Below, piece after piece: positions 43,301 through 53,800 of a stretch of 64,000 bases of DNA (position 1 is its first letter; each line of letters begins with the position of its first letter). Source of the stretch: Histomonas meleagridis 2922-C6/04-290x (Eukaryota; Protista; Parabasalia). The position numbers were made by a program, and so were the translations under genes. Where the stretch lies: positions 185,472 through 249,471 of the forward strand of contig JAANOX010000019.1 of assembly GCA_020184695.1 (NCBI GenBank). The letters are read 5' to 3'. The notes beneath the pieces were generated by a model, which saw only the letters and a list, made by a program, of their open reading frames with translations, searched no databases and was not told the origin of the DNA.

Positions 43301-45172
43301 AGTAGAGAAGTACAAAACTATGCAGCAGCGATAGTATGTTCTGTGATTAATGGAGTACCACCATTGATTACATTACAAATATATTCATTTATTATATCAA
43401 TTTTATCAATAGATGATAATTTAGTGCGTGATTGTATAATATCATTATTACCAACAATGATAGAGAATTTAATTCCGAGAGTTCATAGGCCAAAAGGAAA
43501 TAAAGTAACACAAGTTACTGCTGAAAACTATGATTTTGTTGAATTTATAGATAAACCTTATGTTAATCAATCTAAGTTTCAGCCGAAATTCTTAACAAGA
43601 AATGAATTATTTGATGAAAATATAGTTAAAATATATTATCCAAATGATTATGAAGAAAGAGTTAAAATACATAAAATGTTATTTGATAAACTTGTTGATA
43701 ATGATTCTATTTTAAATTTATTCGTTAATGAATTGATCTATGCACAAGTTCATAAAGAAGAAACATATTCTAAAAGTCGTGTAATACTTTGGTCAACATT
43801 ATCAAGGTTTTTAGGAATTGAATTCATTGGTAAAATGATAAACAAAATCCAAGAAATATTAAAAAATTCACCAACAACTGCACAACATGTAATTTCCGCT
43901 GAAATATTTAGTGGTTGTTTACATTCTATTAAATGTCGTACAATTAAAGACGTACAAAATATTTCAAATATTTTAAATCCTTTTGTTACATTTTTATTCG
44001 AAGAAATTGAATCAGAGTTTCATTCTATTTGGTATTATTCATTTTATTCAACTATAATTGATTTCGATCCACGTCGTTTGTTTTGGTTATATAATCATTT
44101 ATTTGATTGTATACCGAAAACGATGGATAATATAAAAAATTATCGAATTATTTCTATAATTACTGATATTTTACTAGATTTTGCATATTATATTCCAACT
44201 AACACTAAAAATTTAATAGATATTATCTATCAAACTTTATTTAGTAAAGAAGCACTTGAAATTGAAACAATCCGTGAATGTTCAATTCGTTCATTATCAT
44301 CTATACTTGAATTAACATTTGATCAAAATGAAAAAGGTAATTCACAAGAAACACTCCAAATTATCGAACGATTTATTACAAATTCTAATGAGCTTTTTAT
44401 TACAAGATGGTTATGTGGAGAGTTCTCATCACAATCGATAAGTTCTTTAGCATCTGGGAAATTTGTTCTTTATCATATAAGTGAATATGCGAATATGATT
44501 ATGGATAAAGATGAGAACGAAGAAAAACTTACTCGTTCCGCACTTTTAAGTGTTTTTTCATGTAATTGGATCGGTTCCATATGTGAAAATCCTGTTACTA
44601 TTGATGAAGTTGGAAAATTGATTGATAAAATGATCGAACAATTATCTCCTTCTCATCATTCATGGCAGGTACAAACTATACTATTACTTCTTTGTGAGTC
44701 TTTTCTTTCGTCTATGTTTTTTTATGTTGATGATAATGTGTTTGAGAGTTTAATATCGGAAACTATAATCCCGTGTTTAATGGATTCGCATCCTGATGTA
44801 CAAGATGCTGGATCAGAATTGTTAACTTTCGTGGTGAAAAGTTCTTCAATAATTATCGACAAATTGTCGGAAATTGTAAATGTTTTCGAGGTAAAGTTAA
44901 GGAATAAAGAATCATTGACGGATAGAGTCGCTGGCGCAAAAGGATTATGCGCAATTATTTCAGGTACATTTCTGTTTAATGATGTGCCACAATATATAAT
45001 TGACTCTTTTTCGGCACTTTCAGATGCTTTAGAAATTGATTCTTCTGTTGAGGGAATAATTTCTCAGTTCTTTTCGGATTTTTGGGCGTTATATGATAAT
45101 AATTTAATGAAAAATATAGCAGAAATTTTGGCGCCTTATCGAGCATCATTAAGGCCTTCTTATTTCTGTTAA
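40352..45172 (+). CDS. PSME4: proteasome activator PA200/Blm10 (PSME4)
   Basis: 1606-aa HEAT protein with N-terminal VDWRPLY, and C-terminal AGAKGLCAII...VPQYI...FFSDFW...PSYFC matching the PA200 tail region. Confidence 0.85.
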   Translation: MCLCNKIRAENIRNLLPQFIQNEIPKEENKWKEAIFTNLPKVIEKGDQREIDFWLSEIDVFNSLETFSYEIQELEKLFQILYNFTVTTKDMNLAVSSMTLLISMIEPEQVKLNVVVDWRPLYNLLYASSLSGSKTKIKNYPESLPETLITFIRLCRNYFSETSTDEMLAEWSHMLDPHLPSFVIAQCLFSLFLPVQCGQHSKWVETMLSLWTLYHSEQYDFQFFTLFARLSRFGYDDIPWDRILPFIFNIVCKYLGLPTTLLQPQLQPINSYPYEKYNLFFKDCESTSSILRYFSMIIINLLSGKTKELVQSYIERLLHLISPFCASTLQNEDEEQSELPINMLNSIVSSYVIRYLKEKKYGSRLEHLTQEDNEWLVSKILPSVLIELFHEEPQFDSLKEIVQFCPQMTILPILDYVQNIFEYIHLRQGAYQTLSSIAPIVIYTNEGLIEFMSLIEHYLPEDINFMDISKTSIVFSLLIIISTLMKFTEENEIFLLDITEKCLLFAEHAIGKDFDDSLNELLTMFSVLIKATPPEIANKMAHMIRKNYETLSLKGLRTLIEAIEKYAIPEFKDIALKASNLKELLILESIIKQNLDFTIENIEEIKQKLILALENKDKKIYKRAILIIKWILRNFLCIYPKLPTVQGYISLDKSKIQWHVPSELEMNICDELVTFFFDYSKKKMESKQLIDYKVSTLLMRGLLKGIVSCVSEIDLTPEYENQNMIQPTLTKFKNSIFAKHYEDIINILIELIEIKDAHYRLIKWALEGITCAIVPHDSICQNMLIINEYQGQSSLTKLDIILDPNDSKTCFVLYCKAINLFGIRQSSSQVILTKITKNIIPRIFNFSTHPHVNVREYCSIIYQAITTHFKTQFIYLLKNSIKRLSEPDLTLDELMGICSAAKSLPNFPLNIETIEILAEASIAICSLLPKDLPDDSPRSLRQTIVLMYDQIDPCNLYISKEKFYEIRMKMANEAMNKYAQYPASREVQNYAAAIVCSVINGVPPLITLQIYSFIISILSIDDNLVRDCIISLLPTMIENLIPRVHRPKGNKVTQVTAENYDFVEFIDKPYVNQSKFQPKFLTRNELFDENIVKIYYPNDYEERVKIHKMLFDKLVDNDSILNLFVNELIYAQVHKEETYSKSRVILWSTLSRFLGIEFIGKMINKIQEILKNSPTTAQHVISAEIFSGCLHSIKCRTIKDVQNISNILNPFVTFLFEEIESEFHSIWYYSFYSTIIDFDPRRLFWLYNHLFDCIPKTMDNIKNYRIISIITDILLDFAYYIPTNTKNLIDIIYQTLFSKEALEIETIRECSIRSLSSILELTFDQNEKGNSQETLQIIERFITNSNELFITRWLCGEFSSQSISSLASGKFVLYHISEYANMIMDKDENEEKLTRSALLSVFSCNWIGSICENPVTIDEVGKLIDKMIEQLSPSHHSWQVQTILLLLCESFLSSMFFYVDDNVFESLISETIIPCLMDSHPDVQDAGSELLTFVVKSSSIIIDKLSEIVNVFEVKLRNKESLTDRVAGAKGLCAIISGTFLFNDVPQYIIDSFSALSDALEIDSSVEGIISQFFSDFWALYDNNLMKNIAEILAPYRASLRPSYFC

Positions 45173-45528
45173 ATAATAAAGATAAAGTATAAAGTATTTT
45201 TATTTTAGCATTCTTTAGGCTTTTCGTTAAAAATTTCTCTTAATTAACAAAAAGTTAAAATTATAAAGTTAATGTTAATCCATGGATTAATTAATTTGAA
45301 TTTATTATCAGTAAGAGTAGGCGATATAATTGATTTCATTCCTCCCTTTCGAAGACATTGATCAAGTAAAATCTAGATTTTAATAATGCATTGAATTTTA
45401 TTGGGATCAAAATGACATTTGATTTCAAAAACGGCGCCATTTTTTCCATACTTTACTGATTGGTTCAGCTATTTTTTCTCAAAATTGTGGCACATTTTCA
45501 TTTTTATTCAAATTTCGAAGTTGCTGGA

Positions 45529-46020
45529 ATGCATCAACTAAATGCTCAAGCAATTCGGCTTCTTGATCAAATGACACATCACGAAATTGACACTGGACAG
45601 ATAGAAATAGCTTTAAGAAATATACGTGATGAGCTTCTTGCAGTTCCAAGAAATACAATAATTCAAGAGCCTACATTTGATCCTGCAAAAAAAAGAAAGA
45701 AAGACACATATAATTACAAAGAAACTGAGGCATACAAAGTGATAATTGGAAAATTTGGAACTGGGATTCGTCAGCAAGAATTAGTTCAAATAGCTGTTGG
45801 TTTAGGAGGGAAAATTGGAGTAAAAGTAGAGAGGGAGGCTAAAAGAAGGAAAGATTTACTATTCAAATGGTTTCAAGAAAATTTAGAAAAAATCACAGTT
45901 TTATTACCATTTGTTGTTGCATTTGATAAAGATGGGCATGTTCTAAAAAGAACGGAAGTACAAAAGCACCAGGACTCTGTTGATGTTTCACAGGAACAAG
46001 CATTTCCAAATCATGAATAA
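45529..46020 (+). CDS. hypothetical trichomonad-family protein (KRRKDLLFKWF motif)
   Basis: RQQELVQIA..IGVKVEREAKRRKDLLFKWFQEN. ATG 45529 has a TCATT Inr-like motif upstream. Confidence 0.55.
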   Translation: MHQLNAQAIRLLDQMTHHEIDTGQIEIALRNIRDELLAVPRNTIIQEPTFDPAKKRKKDTYNYKETEAYKVIIGKFGTGIRQQELVQIAVGLGGKIGVKVEREAKRRKDLLFKWFQENLEKITVLLPFVVAFDKDGHVLKRTEVQKHQDSVDVSQEQAFPNHE

Positions 46021-46315
46021 ATTATTGTTTTATGATTAATCATAGCAATATGATACCAACCTTTAATACCTTTTTAACATCATTTGATTAGAATTTAAAA
46101 TTCTTTGAATTACCATTACTAATTTATTCATTATTTAATGACTGATTTATTAGAATAGAATTATACTTTCTTACATTTATAAAACGTTGTGTGTAGTTAA
46201 AAGATCTTTTAATGTATAACACTTAAATTTTTTTTGCATTTTACGATCAAAAAAAAAGAAAAGTTCTTATCTTATAGAAACTACAACAAATACCAATGTA
46301 TTGATAAAGGTGTGT

Positions 46316-46969
46316 TTAGTAAACACGATGAGGTTTGCCCATTGTTGAGTGGAGTGTGATAGCACCAATTGATTGCCATTGCTTTTTGAGGAGAGAGACA
46401 ACGTAGTTTGTTGCGAGCATAACATTTTGGTATACTTGTTCTGGTTTCATTGCAACGTTAGCAACAGCAACACCGAATGCGATAGATTTCTTAAGCCTGA
46501 ACTTAACTGTCTTGCGAGCTTCATCAACGGCATCAGCAACCTTATCAGATGAACGGATTGGTGCTGGGAATTTACCTGTCTTGTTGAATGCTGGACCTAA
46601 TGTCTTGTTAAGGTTCTTGATGATGGTATCAGAAGCAAGGAAGAGGTGGTGCTTCTTTGCCCAATACTTGATTGTCTTCTTGTCCTTGTTAAAGTTGGTA
46701 AGTGTTTGGAGATCATAATATGGAACATTGATAGCGGCAGCTTGTTCACAATGAATCTTGTCACCCATGATACCAATACGAAGTCCTGGACGGATAACGT
46801 TTGGAAGCTTGATACTGCCAATGAAACGCTTATCTTTGGCAATGTTGTAACCCTTAAGACGAATTTGAAGTTCGATGGTTTCAGTGAACTTCCTCTTCTT
46901 CTTGTTGTTGGAGTAGTCAAGAATTTCTGCGATAGCAGACCTCAAATTTTCTTGATGAATGCGTGACAT
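46316..46969 (-). CDS. RPL10A: 60S ribosomal protein L10a (uL1)
   Basis: KKKRKFTETIELQIRLKGYNIAKDKRF...TLGPAFNKTGKFP...STMGKPHRVY; 217 aa. Confidence 0.97.
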   Translation of the reverse strand: MSRIHQENLRSAIAEILDYSNNKKKRKFTETIELQIRLKGYNIAKDKRFIGSIKLPNVIRPGLRIGIMGDKIHCEQAAAINVPYYDLQTLTNFNKDKKTIKYWAKKHHLFLASDTIIKNLNKTLGPAFNKTGKFPAPIRSSDKVADAVDEARKTVKFRLKKSIAFGVAVANVAMKPEQVYQNVMLATNYVVSLLKKQWQSIGAITLHSTMGKPHRVY

Positions 46970-46976
46970 TAAAAAG

Positions 46977-46998
46977 AAAGGATACGACCATAACCGTT
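46977..46998 (-). promoter_or_regulatory. trichomonad M3 (AACGGTTA) + M5 (CCTTT) core promoter
   Basis: The minus strand reads AAAACGGTTATGGTCGTATCCTTTCTTTTTAATG. The M3/M5 pairing is known from Trichomonas ribosomal-protein promoters. Confidence 0.7.
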
Positions 46999-47072
46999 TT
47001 TGTGGGGGTTATTCGACGGTTTGATCGGCGCCTTACTAAAACCGTTTGATTTACACAAAAGTGACGCTGTTT

Positions 47073-47684
47073 TTAAGTTGTTTCACGAATTTCATTTATG
47101 AGTTGTTGATATGTATTTTCAATGTTTTCATCAATTTGTTCTTGAAGACTTCTTATTTCAAAACGTTTCTTTTCCGCTTTTTCTTTGGATGTCTGGAAAA
47201 CATTATTTGAAAATACTTTTAAATCAACTACAGATGGTGACGGAGTATTTGTGTAAGGTGTAAAAATAGATGTATTAATGGGAACAAAACAAAATGATTT
47301 TCTTTGAAGAAATGTACGAAAAATTGAAAGACATTCATAAGATATTTTTGAAACCTCATTTAGCCAATTAAATTCTGTTGGTGAAATAAGAATTGGGAAA
47401 GGCGGAGAATAAGGTTGTGTTGAAAATGTAAGAAAAAGTCCAAATAATCCACCTTTTTTTTCAATTTCATTTTTATCTGGATGACAAAATCCAACAAATG
47501 TAGAGTAAGCTGTTTGACATGGACCAAATAAAAGAGCTCTTGGTGATGAAAATTTGTGTAAATTTGAAGAATTATTTTTTCTCCAAGCTTCAATAAAAGC
47601 ATCAAAATCCTCATCATCTTGTTGGGCAAATAATTTTATTGTATTTTGTGGAATTGAAATTTGTTGTGGAGTTTCTAAAATCAT
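47073..47684 (-). CDS. hypothetical protein
   Basis: 203-aa ATG ORF; no family recognised. Confidence 0.55.
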   Translation of the reverse strand: MILETPQQISIPQNTIKLFAQQDDEDFDAFIEAWRKNNSSNLHKFSSPRALLFGPCQTAYSTFVGFCHPDKNEIEKKGGLFGLFLTFSTQPYSPPFPILISPTEFNWLNEVSKISYECLSIFRTFLQRKSFCFVPINTSIFTPYTNTPSPSVVDLKVFSNNVFQTSKEKAEKKRFEIRSLQEQIDENIENTYQQLINEIRETT

Positions 47685-47832
47685 TTCAAAAATTATCCAT
47701 AATTAGGTCACTTTTCGTAAACATTTAATTGTCAATTTTTTGACTTGCTCAGTCAGATGATATTATACAATAAATTCAATTATTGAGAAGGAAATTCGAT
47801 ACGATAACTTCCCAAACCGCTCCTGCATACCG

Positions 47833-50800
47833 ATGAAAAAATGCGAAAAAATTCTCACACAAGATGAAATTTCTATTAAAATTTTATCAGCAACTAGCTT
47901 TCAACCATCTAATCCAAAAAACATTTCATCTGAATATTTAAAAGAAATCAATTCCATTTTTCCATTGGGATTAACGCCAGACATATTAAAAGAAATACGT
48001 AACGAAATCAAAAATGGAATGAGCTTCCATGATTCATTCGTATCCAAAAGTATAATATTTAATTTCAATCAAGCATTTTTAATGAATGTTCTTGCAAATG
48101 AAGATTTTCGTTCAAAAGAACCTAAACTCTTTACACAGATTGTTCTTTTATCCATAGTTTCATGGAAATTACATTGTCATGAAATGACGTCTAATAATTA
48201 TTTAATTTCAATACTTCTTCTCCTCAAATCAATAAAAACAGCTCTATCCAATTTAGATCTCGAAGGCACTCAACGAGTTCTTTTGATATCATCCTTTTAT
48301 CATCTTTTTAATACAAATTTACAAAACAAATATGAAGACACTGAATTTACTCCCTTTATTGATCTAGCAGAAGAATTATTTAGTTTTGATTATTCATTAC
48401 CGCCACAATTTTTTGATTTATTTCCAAAAATTGCGACCAACTTAAGTGAAAAATCCGAACAAAACCATAACATTGATAACGACCGATTTGTGCAATTTAT
48501 GTCCAACGTAATAACAAAGTTAGGAACAAACTTTCCATTAAATGTTCTTAATGAAATCCTTCCAATGCTTTTTGTTTCATTTGAAGATTTTTCTGAGCAT
48601 AAAATTAAACTTCTTTCAGTTATTGCAAAAACATATGGAGTCAAAATCGTTTCACCATTTTTACCATTAGTATCACTTGCGATCTTTGTATATATTGATA
48701 ATAAACCATTAATTAATAAATATGAAAAAGAAGAAAATCGAAAATGTACATGTTTAGAACCAATTGATTCGGTACCTGATGAAATTGAGTTCCAAAATTA
48801 TCAAACGTTTAAAGAAACGCCGAAAATTGAAATTCCTGTTACATTTAATGAATTAATACCAATTGAAGAGATGATTGACAAAGATTTATATCAAAAGACA
48901 CGAATCATTATCAATTCATTTCAAGGCGATGTTGATTTAATTAATGAATTTGTACATTCTTGTGAAACATGTTTCCAAAAATCATGTTCAAGAACTGAAG
49001 CATTTTATGATTATTTTTCGATATGTATTGACTTATTTATGGAATTCCAAAAAACAGCAAAATTCGAATTGCCAGAAGAAATGATATTAAATCCACTTTT
49101 ATCAGATCCAAGCATTAACATATTTAATAAGAACAATCAATGGAAGTTAATTAATACATTACGAAATATGGTGATTCAATTAATCGCAGAAAAAAACATT
49201 TGTTTTATATCAAATATATTTTTTAATCTTTATCAACATCCATTAATATTTGCGGAGTTTTTATATAGATTATCTTCATTAGAAAGTTTCCAATATGATA
49301 TTGATGAAATTCCTTCATTAACAGATGATTTATTTAATATGATTTTTTATTATTTAAAACTTGAGAATTTACCAGAAGATATTAATGATGAAATTAATCA
49401 AGCAAGATTATCAATATTAGTCTTCATTCATAAATTATTTGAAAAAGAAGATATTTATGATTGTTTATTTAAAAACCCATTTTTTGTTGTAGATTATACT
49501 ACGTTATTATATGAGAAAACTTTAAGACCTATAATATTTGAACAAATCGAAAAATTTTATTCGAAAAATCCAGATGATAATAAAGTTATTAATGAACGAA
49601 TTAAAGAAATCGGTCAATTTTGTTTTTCAGGTTTAGATCAATTAACTATAGCTTCTTTATCTTCATTATTATTAGAGTTTTTAATTAAAACTATTATTAA
49701 ATATCCGAATTGTGCAAGTTATTTTGAACCAACAGTTTCAACATTATGTAATGGAATTATAAATTTACCTGTAAATGAATTTTCGAAAGAACTATTAACT
49801 AATGTATTATCATTTTTGATACATATTTCTTCAATACGTTCATTAACTAAAACAGAAATTGTTTCCTTAAAAAATGTATTAAAAAATCAATATCAAAATA
49901 ATGTAACCGAATCATTATTTGAACAAATTATTAAGTTAATTGCTTCAAATCCAAACATTAATAATAATATAATATTTGATATAAAACAACCAAAAGTTAT
50001 CAATTTATTAATTTCATTATTTATTAATTCTAATTTATCAATAAAATCATTTCAATTTATTAAAAAGTTATGTATGCATAGTTATTCGAATTGTAAAATT
50101 ATAAGTAATAAAGAAATTGATATTTATATTATTAAAGAAATATATAAATGTACAATTGATGAAAGTATATCTGAAGATGTAGCTAAAGAAGCATATTCAA
50201 TGATAGCATATTTATCTAATGAAGCTTCATCTGTAGGATTTGTTCGTAGTTATATTTCATTATTATGTCCAATTGAAGGTAAAAGACTTCCGAAATATTA
50301 TAATTATTCATTGAATACATTATTAACATTATTAAAAGCAGATAGAAAACGTTGTATGATACCATTTAGGAAAGATTTAATATTTAATATTAATAATTTA
50401 GATTCGAAAATGTTATCATTTGGAATGTGCTTTAATTTTTGGATATTTTCATATTATTCTACATCAAATAGATTAACATTAATACAATTAATTGATTCTA
50501 AACAACAAGAAATTATAATGACGTTAGATGATTCGAAATTATATTTAAATTTCACGTCGACTTTAAATCAAACTAATGTCGAAATCTCTTATAATTGGCC
50601 AATAAATCAATGGACGTTTTTAACTATATCATTAATTAATATTGGCGAAAGTTTTCAAGTTTCGATATTTATGAATTGTGAATTAAAAGATATTAAAATT
50701 ATTGATTCGTTTATATTATCACATGGTAATATTCAATGTAAATTTGGAGGAATTTCTGTTTTTAATACACCAAAGACTCAATCATTTGTAAGTTCATTTT

Positions 50801-53800
50801 CATTATATAAATTTTTGGATTCAAATGAACTGAAAGAATTATATAATTTAGGTCAAGATGAACCATCATTAAATCCAATCTTTTATTTTGTCGGAGAAAA
50901 ACATCAAGATAATTTAACATTAAAAAATATTGCAACGAATTCAAATATTTATTCTGATACACAAATTCATTTATATTCTGGTTCTTCATTTGCTGATTTC
51001 TTATGTACTAATTGTGGTACTACATTAATATTACCATTATTTAAACAATGGCAATTAAAATATCAAAATGGAGAATTTAATGATTTAATATTTTCGATAT
51101 TTGAAACAGCATTATTACGTAATAAAGAATCACAAGATTTGTTTTTATCAATGGATGGCGTTAAATTATTATCACATTTAATATTAGGAATTGAAGAAAA
51201 GTTTATAACTTTTGAATTATATTTGAAATTTTATAATTTATGTAAAGAAATTAAAAATCAAAATTTACAAACTTCTTTTATTAGATCGATTTTATTAAAT
51301 TTAAACATTTGGTTAAAAGCTACTTCAGAAGATCATCAAACTATCATTAAACATATTTCATTAATATTATATACTGAGTTTGCTAAACAAGCAAAACTTT
51401 CATTCCAATTAATATTAAGTATATTACATATCTTTTATTATTATCAAACTAAAGATGATATTTTTGTATTTAAACATAAGAATCAAATTAATGTAAAAGA
51501 ATGTCGAGAAATAATACAAAAATTAGCAATCGAAATTGCAAAGAATTCATTTGTCGAAGAAGATTTAACTTGTTTAATTAGTCATATTTTATTATCTGAA
51601 CAACATTATGATTTATTATTATTATTAAATGATATTATTGAAGACACTAAAATATTACAAAAACCTGAAATTTCAATTGATAAAATTCATTTAATACATT
51701 ATTTAGTAACATTACCTGATCCAAAAATAGCAATTTTAATCATAAAAATAATATTAAACTCATTTAAATTAGAATTATTAGGTAATATATCAATATCAAG
51801 ATATATTGATTTAATATTATGTAATTTAACTGAAGATTTCCTTAAAGAAGATGTATTTTATGAAATATATAATATGACATTATATGAAAATAATTATTTG
51901 TTTCCAATATGTGCATGGATGGCATTAAATATGGGAGAAAATTATATCCGAAAATTATATTTAACTAAATTCAATAATTTAATTATTAATACTGATACAA
52001 TTTTATGGTTAATTATTTCATTATTTAAAGTTTCAACTGATTTACAACATTTAATTTGTTCATTTATTATTAATGAAAATAAAAAATATATTACTTTAAT
52101 AATTAATATGATAAATGTAATCGGTAAATGTTTTAATAATATTAATATTGATGATATTAAACAAATTGCATTTCAAGAATTAATTGAATATTATTTACGA
52201 ACTCGAAATTTAAAAGATAAAGATATTAAATTCTTATTTATACAATTAAGACAATTTTTATTCTTTCAAGATAAATTCTTTAATTATGGTTTATATGATG
52301 AATTTAATAATTCGAGTTTTGAAAAAATTCAAATCGAATCACAAAAAGAAATTAATAAATCGGAAAATTATGAAAATTATACAATAAATGCATTCGAATT
52401 ATTAAATATACCAATCAAACCACAAAATCCTAATTTAATATATCCGAAAGATATATATAATAAATTATCTAATTTACAAAAGAATGAAATTATAAATTAT
52501 AAATTTGGAATTCGAATTGATTCAAATGGTAATTGGAAAGATTCAAACATAGCAGAAAAATCATTAATTATCTTTATAAGTCATCCAATTAATGAATGTT
52601 CTGAAACTATTATAATGATAGCTTCATATTTAGCACATTCGAATTATGTTTTATCAACAGAAGTATTTCAACATTTTAAATATCAAGAATTTAAATTAGC
52701 GTTAAGTTTATTTGAACATCATTCATTAGTTACTAATAATCAACAAATTACAAAAATGGAACGAAAAGATATTGAACTTAACATGAATGAATTCCTACAA
52801 AATCTTCAACCAGATCAAAATATTATTACATCGAATAATAAAGTACAAACAGTTATAATAAATTTTGTTAAAAATGGACAAAAAGTTGCAAAAAATATTT
52901 TTAATATTATAAATCCTGAAATTCAAACTATATCAACAATTAAAACTATAAGTGATTTTGATTTAATTCAACAAGAAAAAACGTTATGTAGAAAGAAATG
53001 GAAACAATATTGGCATTGGATTACTATGGGTATGGCTCCTTGGCATAATGCATTACCACCACAAATGTCACAACAACAATTTCATTATAAACGTGATTTT
53101 ACTGTATGTTCAGATTTATATCCATTAAAGATGAAACGAAATTCACATTATAATCCACATTTAGATGCGATTAATTTATTTAATGAGAATGATAATGAAA
53201 ATAAAATGAATATGAATCAAAATAAAGAACAATATCTTATTAAATATAATGAAAATATATCAACTGCTGATATAACAAAGAAAAATGTATTAAATAAATT
53301 CCCTTGTCAATTAATAAAAGTTAATTCGATTATTAATAATATGGCATTTATAATAATGCCTGATTGTTTTATCTTAAAACAAAATAAAGGAACAAAAATA
53401 ATAAAAATTAATTTCCAAGAAATTACTCATATATATTCACGAACACGATTTCATCATCCGACAGCTATTGAAATCTTTCAAAACAATGGTAAAACTTATT
53501 TCATTAACTTCATAAATAAAACATCAATTGAAGTAATGAAAAGTTTTCGAATATCGAATTTCCCTAAAAGTACATTTATTCAAAATAATGGATTTAAGAC
53601 ATTAACATCACAAAGTCATTTTACTATGTTATGGCAACAACATAAAATATCCACATTTAAATATTTAATGTATTTAAATCATTATAGTGGCCGAAGTTTT
53701 AATGATTCATCACAATATTTAATATTCCCATGGATATTACAAGATTATGAATCTGAAACATTAAATTTAGAAGATCCGAATATATATCGTGATTTATCTA

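Noticed and set aside
46512-46966. Antisense and alternate-frame ORFs over RPL10A
   Set aside because: Shadow ORFs expected from the strong codon bias of a highly expressed gene; no independent motifs.
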